DNA of 63,425 bases, filler included, from Choristocarpus tenellus KU-1152 (GCA_964200185.2; 12 parts of 12 records of this genome joined end to end with filler, not necessarily neighbours in it); one strand, 5' to 3'; shown: positions 1 through 12,968, numbered from the whole stretch's first letter. Notes: generated from the sequence alone by a model not told the origin. Translations and numbers: made by a program.

Positions 1-217
1 AAATCATGGGCGTCCCCGCCCCTCCCCAACCCCAACCTGACCCCGGGGGGATGAGAATGCCCAATGGTATAAACCCCCCCCCCCCCCCCCAATGGAATAC
101 CCTCTTTTTGTTACTGTCACATCGAGCTGATAAAAAATTAAACGCATACTTCCCCCCCGCAACGCACTCCTTAACATCCATCCACCACAATTCTGCTGTT
201 CATCGCTTCCCTTACAG

Positions 218-1121
218 GTTCGCCGGACACTGGGATCGGAATATGCAAAACGGATTCGGGATCTTTGTGGCTCCAGGAGGGCGAGAGCGCTATGTAGGAG
301 AGTGGAAGCATGGTCAAAAGCATGGATATGGAAGGTAAAACTGAACCAATCAATCACTCGGTTTCACTGCTCCGATCCCTAGGTTGCGCTCTGATGGTGC
401 CTCTGTCTCACTGGGGCAACGTGCAATGGAAAAGTCTCTCAAAGTATTTTGAGAGACTACATGGATACACACTGCCTCTGTCGTTTCAGACACAGAGTAT
501 GTGTAGCTCTTGTGAGTGCTGAGGGATCCCCCGGTTCTCCCGATGGCAATCCTCTCTTTTTTTGTCCCTGGTTTCCTCTCTCATCACCCGACAAGACAGA
601 GGGAGGCTTAGGGAAACTTGAAAGATGTTCACCCTAACCTTAAGGGTTAGGGTGAACTTCGGCAACACGCAAGGTACAAAGGTACTTAGGGTTAGGGTTA
701 AATCTTCAACATTTCCTGGTTTTTTTTGTTTGTTTGTTCTAGTTCTTTGTGTGCGTTGCACCCCTTCTTCTCTTGCACCTGCAACAACTAGCAAGGGCCT
801 GTCTAACCTCCTCTCCCTCAGGCCAACCCACCCCTGTGCTTCACGTCCCATTCCGCTTCAGAAGACTCCACTACAGAGCTCCGCAAATGTGCCCCCCCTC
901 ACTTCCCTCGCCCCTAACTTAAGTTCTGCCACTCGCTGTTGTCGATCAGGTACATCTTTGGGGATGGAAGTGTATACGATGGGGATTTCCAACACGATAA
1001 GGCGTGCGGGCAGGGGGTTTTCCGAGAGCGGCTAAGTGGGGACTGGTACACAGGGAGGTGGAAGGACAACCACAGGCATGGAAAAGGCCTCTACCAGTGG
1101 GCTACGGGTAGCCGTTACGAG
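218..1121 (+). CDS. MORN-repeat protein, two internal exons (218-334, 950-1121); gene incomplete
   Basis: AG/GT-bounded exons join in phase (AG|G = Arg) to give RFAGHWDRNMQNGFGIFVAPGGRERYVGEWKHGQKHGYGRYIFGDGSVYDGDFQHDKACGQGVFRERLSGDWYTGRWKDNHRHGKGLYQWATGSRYE, i.e. tandem YxGxWxxgxxhGxG MORN motifs. Confidence 0.92.
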
Positions 1122-1135
1122 GTGATCTTGTAGGC

Positions 1136-1270
1136 ATAATATCATATCGTATTGTATCGCATCATATCGTATCATATCATATCATATCATATCATATCAT
1201 ATCATATCATATCGAATTGTATCATATCGCATCGCATTGTATCGTATCGTATAATATCATGTCATATCAT
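1136..1270. repeat. (ATATC)n / (ATCGT)n pentanucleotide microsatellite in an intron
   Basis: Direct reading: atcatatcatatcatatc... with variant units. Confidence 0.9.
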
Positions 1271-1297
1271 TTCAACAATCAAAACCATTAAACTTTT

Positions 1298-1557
1298 GAG
1301 TGAAAGTATCTCAGAGGGTACGAGTTTTTCCCTGTAAGTCCGTTTGGGGCTTGGTTTCCTGTGGGTTTTTAACGACAATTTTCCTACTCCAAAATGTTTT
1401 AGAGTAGGTGGAGTGTATTTGTTATGAAAATATGTGTCCGGAAAAAGGATATTGACATTTTCCTAACAAACACGATAGCCAAAATTACATCAAAATTGCA
1501 ACATTGGATTTTGGCCCCCAAATGGATGCGGCTCTACTCTCTAAGATACTTTGGCTC
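1298..1557 (+). mobile_element. MITE family A (~260 bp), full copy
   Basis: Starts GAGTGAAAGTATCTCAGAGGGTA and ends TACTCTCTAAGATACTTTGGCTC (imperfect ~23-bp TIRs). The same sequence recurs more than 10 times in the window. Confidence 0.88.
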
Positions 1558-2238
1558 TTGCATATGGATCAAGATGGCGGCTTCAGGTTAAGAAATGAGC
1601 TGTGGGTTATGGGGGCAGAATATCGTTTAGGGCGCAGGCCAACAACCGTCATGATAAGGGTGTGGCAGGGGGTAAGGAGGCAGAAAGGAAAAATACATCA
1701 ATTAGTGTTGACAACAAGATACAGGATTATGCATCGGTGTGTGTGTTTGTGTGTGTGTGTGAACATAAATTGGGGTCGATTGTTGCAGTCTTCAGGAAAC
1801 CCTTCTTTTTTTTTCAGGTTCTGATTTTCAAGGGTTAGGGTTGTAGGACAAAGTGTGGTGCTCCTGGACTTGTGCACTTATCAGTGCACATGACAATGGT
1901 GGGGGTTTCAGTAGTAACTCTGTCAGTCCATAACATGGACAGATGATTACGAACATACAGTTGGAGTATTAAACGTGCTATAAAAATACCCTGTAAGAAT
2001 TGGAGTACGGGATATTGTGGCAAATTTGTTCAAGCACACTTTACAGGATGTGCTTGACGGAGAACCTGTGCTGGTCTGGAATGTTCTCAGCCCAGCACTC
2101 AGCTGGCTTAGGTATGAGCTCCTCATGATGACAAACAGGGTCACGTGTACAGACAGAGTCAAGTGTCAAAGTATCTTAGAGCATAAGAGTTTTTGCCCTG
2201 TTTGTCTGTTGGGGGCTTGACGTTCTATGGGTTTCTTA

Positions 2239-2499
2239 GAGCCAAAGTATCTTTGAGGGTAGGGCAACGTCGATTTGGGGTTCAAAATCCAATGTTGCGA
2301 TTTTGATGTAATTTTGACTATCTTGTTTGTTAGGAAGTGTCAATATCTACGTTTCGGACACACCTTTTCATAAGGTATACATTCCACCCACTCCTAAACA
2401 TTTTGGAGTAGGAAAATGTCATTAAAAAAAATCCATGGGAAAACAAAACCCAAATGGACAAACAGGTCAAACCTTGTACCCTCTAAGATACTTTCACTC
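2239..2499 (-). mobile_element. MITE family A, full copy, abutting a 5' fragment of another copy (2163-2238)
   Basis: GAGCCAAAGTATCTT...CTCTAAGATACTTTCACTC, the reverse complement of 1298-1557. Confidence 0.88.
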
Positions 2500-2670
2500 A
2501 AAACGGCCAAGGCCTGGGTACAACTCGTTTACTTTGGCTCACAAAATTTCAGTATGTTGCCTTAACAAGCCCTGTGGTGGTGCATTTCTGACAAAAAATT
2601 AACTCATTTCTGTCCAAATTGTTTCTAGAATTAACTCACTTCGTTGATTGCTAGAATGCATCAGGGTCAT

Positions 2671-2912
2671 GAGTGAAACTATCTTAGAGGGTACGAATTT
2701 TTTCCCTATTTGTCCATTTGTGGAGCTTGGCTTCCCATGGGGTTTTTTACGACATTTTCCTAGTCCAAAATATTTCGGAGTAGGTAAAATGTATACGTTA
2801 TGAAAAGGTGTGTCTGAAACATAGGTATTGACACTTCCTAACAAACAAGATAGCCAAAATTACATCAAAATCACAGAATTGTATTTTGACCCCCAAATGG
2901 ACGCGGCTCTAC
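2671..2912 (+). mobile_element. MITE family A, truncated by contig end
   Basis: GAGTGAAACTATCTTAGAGGGTAC followed by the family A body up to the N gap. Confidence 0.88.
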
Positions 2913-3012
2913 NNNNNNNNNNNNNNNNNNNNNNNNNNNNNNNNNNNNNNNNNNNNTTAATTAATTAANNNNNNNNNNNNNNNNNNNNNNNNNNNNNNNN
3001 NNNNNNNNNNNN
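2913..3012. other. Artificial contig linker N44-TTAATTAATTAA-N44 (also at 6056-6155, 11022-11121, 14660-14759, 18388-18487, 24890-24989, 29891-29990, 36651-36750, 46683-46782, 56427-56526, 59347-59446)
   Basis: An identical 100-bp N-padded 12-mer with stop codons in all six frames occurs 11 times. Additional 10-N scaffold gaps start at 14187, 17527, 26653 and 62340. Confidence 0.97.
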
Positions 3013-3301
3013 AAAAAACCACATAATTTTTTTGGGAGACACACCCCCCCTCCTTTTATTTTTTTACACAAAACCCCCCCCCCCCCCCCCCCCCCCCAAG
3101 AAATCTGCATCAATTCCTTCATAAATTGACACCCTTTCAACAATTTATCAATGCACACCGTGGCTCCTCAGCTCGGTCACACACACCATCCTTAACCACA
3201 AGCCCTCCCTCCCCTTTTGTACTGCATGACAAAAATTTATCTTGTTCTTCCTCCCCCTCACTCTTATTAGCTACAATGTACCTTTCCTAACCATGTCTCA
3301 C

Positions 3302-3374
3302 CGACTCTCTGCTTGGTTGCGGGCCTCCTCCACCTCCCCCTGCAGCCGTGTAATATCAACTCCTCCCATGTACC
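3302..3374 (-). CDS. Candidate isolated internal exon (G)YMGGVDITRLQGEVEEARNQAES(R), coiled-coil-like, product unknown
   Basis: Open, GC-richer 73-bp block with an AG acceptor and a GTGAG donor on the minus strand. No partner exon was found. Confidence 0.35.
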
Positions 3375-4557
3375 CTTCGAAATGTGCCACCATACGCCAT
3401 AAAAAAAATAGTGACATAAATACAAACGCCATCCAATAATATCATGACAACAGCAAAACAGGGCCCGGGGGCAGGGGAAGAGGAGGCGAAAGAGGTGTCA
3501 GTAATATTAAAATGTACTCATCATACTGTGATGAACATGCATACCAACACTGTAGCCACAAAAAACTCTAGGGATACAGGACTTCCTTCCCAAGTGCACT
3601 ACGTAGTACTCCTGAATATGACACATTTTCCCAGCTAAAGCTAGCTACTCTCAGAATGTCTAGTCCAGGGTCCACAGGTTGCATGTGCAGGGCTATCCAA
3701 TGGGGACACACTTGAGTAATTCATCACCAACAATTCTTCTGTGTATTAAAAAAAAAATGTAGAACATGAGGTCAGCTTGTTAGATTGACACACCAACATC
3801 CAACCTACAATACTTCAGGACCTAAAACAATTCCTGTTTCAAAACCAACACCTGCACTTGATGAAAAGTGCTTATCCAGAAATTATACCACTCTACAAGA
3901 TCCAAAAAATAAGCCCAGAAACAAACTGATGCTATCACTAGAGCTACACAAGAAATAAGTCCTCCAACTCCACTCACATTCTTCAACATAGGGGTGAGTC
4001 AAACGCAATTTTTTTCTACAACTTGAGGACTAGGTCCTAAGCACATACCTCATATGCTTGGGTGACCACTCAACCTTTCCTTTCAAAATTCCCTTCCTCA
4101 ATTATGCTCACAAGTTTTTATCATAGTATCAGTCAAGTCACTCGTGGATATTATTAATATTATTATAAACAAATCCCATTTGGGATCTCCAACACAGCGA
4201 TACAGATATCACACACACACTTAAATGCATTGTGTGCAACTGAGGGAAAGCCCTGCGTGAACTCTACATCTGAACCAGTACAACATACTTGTGACAGACT
4301 AGGTGGACATCTCATCTCCACCCTGGAAACCAACACCCACAACAGCCTGGATTGGCAATTGGATCGTGGATGAGGCTATCAGTGTTGTCAATCATGGTCC
4401 CAGGTTATCCGCAGCAATGCAGACCCTAAACATGAAGGTAAGTCTAACCTGTCCTGAAGAGTCGCATGTGCTTCACCCACCCTCTACCCCTCAAGCCATT
4501 TGATGACCAAGTATCCAACCCACAAAGACTTGCCACCAATGCATTTTAGCAATGAAG

Positions 4558-6038
4558 AACAAGGTTGTCCCCACACCTCCAAATTCGCAGAGATGTTCAC
4601 CCTCTTCTACACTCACATTAGAGGTACAACTATGGCAAAGCTATTCATCAGTTGAACCCTGTCATTTGCAAACCCACAACCAAATTTTAGGGGAGACATG
4701 CATGTGCACATTTCAACATTAGCTTCCTCAGTGCACATAACACCGCTGCCCAGACTAGCGTCATGACGTTTCCTCATGGGATGACTTTTGTTTCCCCCAG
4801 CCCCAAAGAATTTTCTGTACCAAATCCTCTGGATGGGAAAATCCTAAACATTGTACACATCCATGAGGAACACATTGCGGATATTCTACCCGCAATCCTC
4901 GGGGTGTTGTGTTCTTTGTGTTCTTCCCGTCAGAACACGCCATGAGAATTTTGGCGCATTTGTTGATGTGATGCCGCAGTAGTCAATCCTCGTTAATTTC
5001 ATTCACTAATCAGGGATAATTCGTTCAGGCGAAAATTTCCCGTACATCTGGTGATAGCCTGGAAGATATTCAGGTTATGGACTTTCGCTTTACTGACATA
5101 ACCTAAGGTCTTTCACTTGAAGTTCCTAAGATACTTGCGCCGGAAGCCAGGCGGATAGTGGTTTAGAATAGGAAGCTGAGATCCAAATGACACAAGCCTC
5201 TGCCTCACAAATACCAGCATTAGTCAACTCCTCAATCTACAGGCACAAGCGAACACGCCCATTTTCAGTTGTAGGTGTGTTGCATTTGGATGTCAGCTTT
5301 GAGCGTTGGACTCTCTTTTTTCAATTACCAGGTTCTTAGCAGCTTTGAGCGTTGGACCCATGTCAGTGATATGCTAACCAGTTAGCTAAAGGTTCTCCAG
5401 GCTATTGGATGAAGGGTTGGAGGTGACTACCTGAGCAAACGATCCCCGGTCAAGGGCGCAAATGATTGGTGATGTGATTGGCCCACCACAGGTTTGATCA
5501 ATGTGGGCAAATTGTAACAGCTTTGAGGGGAAGAACACAGAACACCAACGTTGAAAGGACAATACCTCAAATGTTCCCAAGAACAGTAATAATCCCAGTG
5601 GGTTTGAAGTCTATTAGATGCAAGTATGCATGATTGAATAATATTTACATCTCACGGATAAAGCATCAATCACTTCAACAAAACCTCAGGCAAATGCCCA
5701 AATATTCTTGTAATATGCTGCTCATCATGAATGTCTAAAACGCTTTGGAAAGTCCAATCTAAAGGATTTGGTAAAGAAAGATTCTCAAGCCTTGCTGAAA
5801 TATTGAGAGTCTCACAAAATGAGCGGGTGCTACCCTGGGCAACAGTGTTACGTACCTGAGAAAGCTGATAATAAAATAATCACATACACTTCTCCCCCCC
5901 AAATTTGGTTGTAGGTTTGCAGATGACACGGTTTGACTAATTGAGGATTCACCAGAGGTATAACCCCTTTACCAATGTGGAATAGAGTGAACATTCTTTC
6001 GAGTTTGGAGGCAGGGGGGGGGGGGGGGCAACCCTGTA
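4558..6038. mobile_element. Pair of diverged ~150-bp inverted repeats (4558-4707 and 5881-6038), possibly TIRs of a decayed DNA transposon
   Basis: CAAGGTTG...GTCATTTGCAAACCCACAACCAAATTT at left matches the reverse complement of AAATTTGGTTGTAGGTTTGCAGATGAC...CAACCCTG at right. Confidence 0.55.
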
Positions 6039-6202
6039 CCTCAGCGCCCCATAAANNNNNNNNNNNNNNNNNNNNNNNNNNNNNNNNNNNNNNNNNNNNT
6101 TAATTAATTAANNNNNNNNNNNNNNNNNNNNNNNNNNNNNNNNNNNNNNNNNNNNGAGTATCTTGCCGGACATGATTACCGTTTTTGCTCTGTTGGCGCG
6201 AT

Positions 6203-6393
6203 GTATCTGGGGGGGGGGGGGGTCTGCACCAGGGTGTCCCTTCAGGCCCTGGCCAGGAGAAGTGCACTTAGATTATCCATCCGATGCATGCAATCCAAAT
6301 CACCCAATAATCGTGACATGGAAAAATGGGCCTTGAATGGATATTCGCCACCCCTCCCCTCCTCCCCCCCTCCCCCCCCAGATACTTTGAGCC
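6203..6393 (-). mobile_element. MITE family B (~180-190 bp)
   Basis: Ends CCCCCCAGATACTTTGAGCC; the body matches copies at 10844, 13956, 19956, 56527 and 57994. Confidence 0.85.
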
Positions 6394-6504
6394 TGTTAAT
6401 TTAAGGTAACGTAACTGAACCCTAACCCTAACCCCCTCACCTGCCGCCTCCCACCTTCCTCATGACCCTTGAACACTTCCGATGTGACATGCCCTAACCC
6501 GAAG

Positions 6505-7283
6505 GTTTATCATTGGACATATCACTCCTGAGGCGCAGGAGGGGGGACCCATAGCTCTCCTGAGGGACAACGACCCTGTTGTCATTGATGCGGAAAAGAG
6601 GACTATTTCAGTTCTGCTTAATGAAGTGAGTCCAACTGTGTCAAACGAGAAGCAGCCAAGGAGAAGGTTCTAGAAGGAAAATGCGCAGCATGGACCTGTT
6701 TGTTGCTGATTCTTACTTCTTTACCACGGTAGAAATTCAATGTGAAGCCCTCCCTCACTCTGACAGTTCACAATGCAGCCTGTGACATTTGGAGTTGATA
6801 TGTAGATGCCCTACTAAATATATGTATATATATATATGCATCCAACTCAAACTTGCGGGGGAGGACATTTCCGTTTTCATCGTTTATGTTGCCAGGGAAA
6901 TGGTAGGCGGGTGGTAATGTTTATTGCTGCTACGACAATTCAAGGGATCGTTGTAGCTTAATTCTCTGTAATGACCTGGAAACCAGAGAGCATACCCTAC
7001 AACAGAATTAGGTTCGTAGAGCAAGTCTCATTTCCTTACACCAGTGTTTGATCTCCTCCAGGTTCGATCTGTTTTGTTTTGAAAGCTGTGTGCTCATGCC
7101 AATCTCTCTCTCAAAAAAAAACTGACCTTTGTTCTTCATCTGATCCGTGACATACACCAGAGTGTGCTTGAGAAGCGAAGAGCGGACTGGATTGCACCAC
7201 CCCTCTCTGCTACTAAGGGTACCCTGTACAAGTACATCAAGAATGTGGCATCGGCCTCAGAAGGTTGTGTCACAGATGAATGA
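6505..7283 (+). CDS. ilvD: Dihydroxy-acid dehydratase (IlvD/ILV3), last two exons (6505-6625, 7161-7283 including stop)
   Basis: Spliced in phase 0: (G)[40 protein letters not shown]|[40 protein letters not shown]. GHxxPEAxxGGPIAL and [19 protein letters not shown] are hallmark C-terminal DHAD motifs. Confidence 0.95.
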
Positions 7284-8444
7284 AGCGGTTCTCACAGTAT
7301 AGAAGGAAACTAGATCAAAAGAATAGTCTATATGTTACAGTGCTTCTTTCACATGGAGGGTGCAAGAGGGAGTCGTGAGGTTCAGTTAATTCCGTAGCAT
7401 TAGAAGGCCTTGGTTGTAGGTATCACTTGTGCTTGGCTGACCAAGAGGCGTATTATCTTAGAGAGGTGGCTAGTTGTAACATTAAGCCCGCCATGACTGT
7501 CTGGTGGCACATGGTTTCGAGTTGTGGGGAGTATGGTTTCGTGCTTGTGAGACACAATGGCTGCAAATTGATAAGTTTGGTCTTGTTGTCCCTTTACCGT
7601 TAGCCCCCTGTCTGAGTGCATCTCTGTAGTTTTGGTTGGTTTGTTATTTGTTGCTGAAAACTTCGAAAGTATGAGTGATCAAAGAGTGGAGGGTATCCCC
7701 CCCCGCCTTGGCAGAAAGGCTTCTCAGGGTGCATGTAATGAATCTGAAGGTCAGATCGATTCTCAGCTTGAAAAGTAGGATTTTTTTCACGTCTCAAGGC
7801 TTAGTCTACCAAGAACTAGTTGTGTCTACAGTAAAGTGCCCTATCACCACGGAGGAGACTCTTCCACAACAATCCTAAGGTGGTTCCTGCCTGTAATACT
7901 CCCTCCATACTATACACCAGTGTTTTTTTCACTCCCATTGCCTCGGATGGACCAATGCCTCCCTCTACTCTTGAACTGTAAGAGGTCTTACTCCCTGTTG
8001 CTACTCTAGGTTGCGATCAGTGTCTGCCATCTATTCCACTCTTGGCACCACCGTTCATCACACAAAGTGCAGGTGCTCTCCTCCTCCCTGCCCTCTTAGC
8101 ATGCCAGGTGTCCACGTCATCATTTCATTGAGTGTTCAGCATGGTTCCTACACACCCTTTCGACTCACCTACCTCTTTGGGCCTTCTGCAGGTAGTACTA
8201 AACCCCACTCTTTTTCTGGGATTCTCAAACACTTCCTTCAAAATATTAGTGTAGTCTTGGAAGATTGAACACCAGCTTTCCTGCAGTCCTTCCATTGTCC
8301 CTATCATTTTCTCAGGTAGCAGCAAGTTCTTGGCCAAGCAAGCTCTATTGTCTGTGCTCGGCATGAAACCTGCAAAAACAGCCTCCATCTGTGCAAGGTA
8401 CCCTTGTTTGGTGCTGTTGACTGCACCTAGTTCGCTCTCACAAA

Positions 8445-8691
8445 GAGTGAAAGTATCTTAGAGGGTACGAGTTTGGCCTGTTTGTTCCTTTGGGACTTGG
8501 CTTCCCATGGGTTTTTGTATGACATTTTCCACCTCCAAAATGTTTCGGAGTAGATAAATTGTATACGTTATGAAAAGGTGTCCGAACCAAGGAAATTGAC
8601 ACTTCCTAACAAACGCGATAGCTAAAATGACATCAAAATCGCAACATTGGATTGTGGCCCCCAGGCTCTACCCTCTAAGATACTCTGGTTC
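8445..8691 (+). mobile_element. MITE family A, full copy with AAA TSD
   Basis: AAA|GAGTGAAAGTATCTTAGAGGG...CCCTCTAAGATACTCTGGTTC|AAA. Confidence 0.88.
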
Positions 8692-8949
8692 AAATGTTTG
8701 TCCTTGTGTGACATGGGCTGGTCCTCTAAACGCTTTTGATGTACAGGATCCCATTCAGCACTGTAAGGGGACAAGGTTGCATACAGTGCTGCATACAAAG
8801 CTGACTGCGTGTAGTTGTTCTTGACTGAGTGTCCATGCCTGTCCATACATAGCGACTTAATTCAAAGTAGTATTTGGAAAGTCCTCCCCAAGAGCCTTGT
8901 TCAAAAATATTGCAAGAGGTTCGACATTGAGAAATGAGAAGGGGCAATA

Positions 8950-10010
8950 GCGATGGATATGGAAGGTCAACGGAAGAAGGGGAACTTCATTGACAGGAAG
9001 AACCTGCAACCAGGTGGGAAGGCATTGAGAAGAAAGTTTGAAATCAAGAACGGGCTGCTGACAGGACCATCACAGTACTGGAACGAAGTTAAGGTGATGG
9101 CCAAGTATTGTACTCAAACGGAGTGGATTACTTATTTTGTTTTTCCCAGTGGGTTGACTTTAACGTGATCTATGCAGTACATACGACAGCGGGCAACCAT
9201 GACTGGGTTGTTTGATCTCTGCATTTAACGTATGATGACCTCAACACATCACTTCCTTAGGACATGTGAGTGTACCTGCCATGAGGCTAAACTATCAAAG
9301 CCACCCACAATATCTACAAAGGAATCAGTACTAGAATGAATGGTACAAGAAGTTTACGAGGATAATATTGGGTGAAATGTGGAGTGTCAGAGCATTCCAC
9401 AACTCCCTGTACCGTTGAAGAGGAGCAAGGATGAACATATCACTATCCTCTTTCACAATGTAGAGGGTATCTCTTTAGTTGGGAACTTCCTCAAAGACAA
9501 CAAGCAAGAAGGATCAATCTGCTTAGAAAATACAAAGGATGGGACTTTATGGACCCGGACAAGTTCATTGGGGTGGTAATTAAGAGGGATGTGACTGATA
9601 TTTCGCTGAACCAGCGCCTATGCTATGAGAGCGTTGTCATTGAAGGGATGGGATTGGCAGAGGTTCAGACTGGATCATTATTCTTAGGGCACCGTCATAG
9701 GGAAGTTGACGCCCTTGGCCGGACCTCTCCAACAGTGCAAGGGAGCTAGGCTGTGATATGGTATCACCCTGCAGCAGACACTGGAAGGGACTATAGCATG
9801 AACTACTATATGTTGCAGGAACCACCAACGTGGGGATTGTCTATCCACCTGTTAGAAGCACGGACAAGAACGGGCTCATTGGGTATGGGGACTCAGACTG
9901 GGCTAATGACCAAGACAGATCGTTATGGAGCATCTACTGCTACTCAACAGGACACCCATCGCAGGGAGATCTAAACTACAATGGAAGGTCACATTTCCAA
10001 GCTCGTCAGA
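8950..10010 (+). pseudogene. Degenerate Ty1/Copia pol (RT and start of RNase H)
   Basis: Frameshifted fragments DPDKFIGVVIKRD...ISLNQR and GIVYPP...LIGYGDSDWANDQDRS, matching the Copia RNase H motif LxGYxDSDWAxD. Multiple stops. Confidence 0.8.
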
Positions 10011-10843
10011 AGTAGAATAGAGTCAAAGCATTTAAGTGGGTAGGAGTTTTGCCCTTTTTGTCCGTTTGGGGCTTGGCTTCCCACAGGTTATTTATGCCCT
10101 TTTTCGGTTTTCTGTGTGAACAGAGGTACCAAAAACGTTTGACATGAACCTTTAGAGAGTATGTAGTCCAAGGTTCTTCCATGTAGAGTATGTGGCAAAG
10201 AAATACTGCATCTTGCTACATAGTAGCAGCTACACAATACGCAGTTAGACAACTTCATTGATTCTATACTAGTGCGATGAGTGCTACATTTCCAGTAACC
10301 AATTGCCTGCACTGTCATGGGGGAGGATGCAAAATAGGAGTTCCAATGAGAGTATACAATCAGCTTGATTGTATTGATATCGTAAATTTGTGAAACTGCA
10401 ATGGTTTGGTGGTCGAAAAGGTGGATCTTCAGACTTTTTGAGTGCCATTATGGATCTTGGTGAAGTCAAAATTAACCGATGATCGCATCTACAATGGGTA
10501 GGTAGGGTTTCTACCCACTTAATTTGTCAAGCAATATAAAGAGTCGAACTGGAGACATGACAATATATATATGTATTCAAAGATCTCTTCTAAAGTTGAA
10601 CAATTTTATTGCTGGAAGCCCCAACTACACTTTCTATGATGGGTATCTCTTACTTGAGTGGTATACCTGGGGGAGGGTTCATTTTCACTCAACCGTATAA
10701 CATAACACCCATTTCTTTTTAGCCTTGAGCACTCGGATCTTAAGCTCAGTCGTGATGTACTTGTAGTTCTGCCATAAAGCACTTGCCTGTACTTGTGGGA
10801 CAGCCCCAACCCTTTAGGATCCGTGGGCTGCGAGCCTGAGTAA

Positions 10844-11021
10844 GGCTCAAAGTATCTGGGGGGGGGGTGGCGGCTGTCCATTTGGGGCCCATTTTTCCAT
10901 GTCGCTATTTTTGGGTGATTTGGTTTTATGTGTCGAATGGACAATGTAAGTGCACTTTTCCTGGTCAGGGCCCAAATGGACACCCTGGTGTAGATCCCCC
11001 CCCCCCCCCCCCCCCACCCCC
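10844..11021 (+). mobile_element. MITE family B, truncated at contig end
   Basis: TAA|GGCTCAAAGTATCTGGGGGG...GTCCATTTGGGG...CCCAAATGGACACCCTGG. Confidence 0.85.
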
Positions 11022-11663
11022 NNNNNNNNNNNNNNNNNNNNNNNNNNNNNNNNNNNNNNNNNNNNTTAATTAATTAANNNNNNNNNNNNNNNNNNNNNNN
11101 NNNNNNNNNNNNNNNNNNNNNGAGAGGCTCTAGACAGCCTGGGCAGGGAGGGAAAGAAGAGGGAGGGGTTGGGGTGTGGGAGCGTGGGATGGAGAGTAGG
11201 CGGAATGGTGGGATGGCAAAAGGGGTGGAGGACGAATGTGAGCTGATGGATTCCAGCACAGCTTCGGTTCACACTCCCCTCCATGGCGGCGTAGTAGTGT
11301 TTGGGGCTGGCAGGGGTACGGCAGGTGGGGCACGGGATGGGATGTAGGGGTCTGTTGTGGAGGTATAGAGCCGAGGCACAGCCCAGATCCAGTGAGTGTG
11401 TGCAGGGGAAAGGGAGTACTAGCTATTGAATCTCGGAGAAACAGATTGCACAGTGTTCCGGCGTAAGCTGACATGGTTGTTGGGATGGGCGTGGGTTGGG
11501 GTCCCTGGTGGGGAAGGCTGACTTTCGAACCCGTTATATCTCTTATCACCTCCTCTCCTCCTCCTCCTCGTAGCTGTATAGGGGCGAGTCCCTCTCCCTG
11601 CTATCATTGTCGTGTGCCTCTACCACCTCTCTGACCCCATCCCCTTGACTGCTCGTTCGATTT

Positions 11664-12830
11664 AGGTTTGTATCCATGAATGCCCAGACTTCGGTGAACG
11701 GGAGCTATGTCCCGATCAAATAATGGGAAAACCTAGGGGAATATCTCCGTTGCAATTTTGAAGGTCACGACTGCAAAACGGACAAAAAATGAAGTGATTG
11801 GGAGAACTCCTTGCAAAAACCTGGTCTGGGGTAGGTCGCTGCTCAAGTGTGGCTGGTATGGCTATACCCGAAAACATTTCAAGATTTCGGACATCTTTTA
11901 AACACCTTTTGCAGTCTTTCTGTGACCACACACACACGTGACATACACAGCAACATGAACCGCGACAGAGAGACAAGGAGAGCCGCTGAGGCCACTCTGC
12001 CCTCTGGATCTACCCTCGGCACCTTCTCTGTCGAGAGGGGCCGGAAAAACAAGTACAGTGTGAAACTCAGTGCGATGTTAGGTGACGAGAAAGTGCGAGT
12101 AGTGTGGCGCAGCAGCATGATCGAATCACAAAATGGATCACGGGGCCGCAACGCTGACGCTGAGAGAAGATGCATAGAAAGCATTATCATACAAACGTGG
12201 TTGGGTCTTCAACCACTTCGGAGAACTGCTCTGCAAGAACTACCACCTCGGGAAAACAGGAAGAGAGCGGCAAGTCCATCACCAGGTGGTACAGGGACAA
12301 AGCGTGTGGGGAAGCCTGGTCACGGCGAGCAAAGGAAACGTAATGGCCACCCGAAGGGAAGGTTGGGGAAGAGAGCAGTGTGATTGCGTGCCATTGCGCT
12401 CAGGAAACACCTAAGCGAAAACCCGGGTGTAGAGTATCTTAGTAATCAACAGCTTCCGCAGGCCCTAGCTGTTTGGAAGCTGTGTGAGCCAAAGTGGCTT
12501 AGGAAACGAGAAAGAAGGTGTTAGGGTTGGACTACAAGGGCTCTGAAGCCCGAAAGAAGGTAACCCATTTCCGGCACTTAATGAGGAAATGTGATAGTAA
12601 AGGCTCTAACACTGCGAATCCTGTACCTGTGTATGAACGACGGGAAAGACAATCAAATAGCGCTCAAGATGACAGCAGGATATGCAATGGTCAAGTCGGA
12701 AACTGTGAGTAAATATGAGAGAGTCTTCCTAACTAAGGGCCACATGAAGGTGTCGAAGCAAGGGCGCTATGAGAGGCGTTTCATTCTAAGCGTCGACGAG
12801 GACATCCTTATCGAGGTCAAAGAGTGATTG
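11664..12830 (+). mobile_element. Unclassified degenerate transposon-like element, copy 1 (homologous to 36751-37971 on the minus strand)
   Basis: Shares TGAACGGGAGCTATG..CGA.CAAATAATGG and the ORF fragments ETRRAAEATLPSG.TLGT.SVE and KNKY.V.LSAML.D.KV...WRSSMIES.NG with the second copy. Stops and frameshifts are present. Confidence 0.65.
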
Positions 12831-12968
12831 TAAGAACACAGAGGAAGAAAGGGTGGGGAGGCTTTTTTCCTCTCTAAACCCTATACTTTAATCAAGTAAT
12901 AGTGCATCTATTGTCACTCTTGGTGACCTACAATCCAGGGTTCGAACCCCAATATGATCAGTCTATCT

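Noticed and set aside
2957-2968. Recurrent TTAATTAATTAA palindrome as a biological site
   Set aside because: It is always centred in 88 Ns, so it is an artificial six-frame-stop linker. Gene neighbourhoods across it are not evidence of a cluster.
7400-8440. Gag-like remnant on the minus strand (CSHC...H...C)
   Set aside because: The spacing is not a canonical zinc knuckle and the sequence is too degraded to call.
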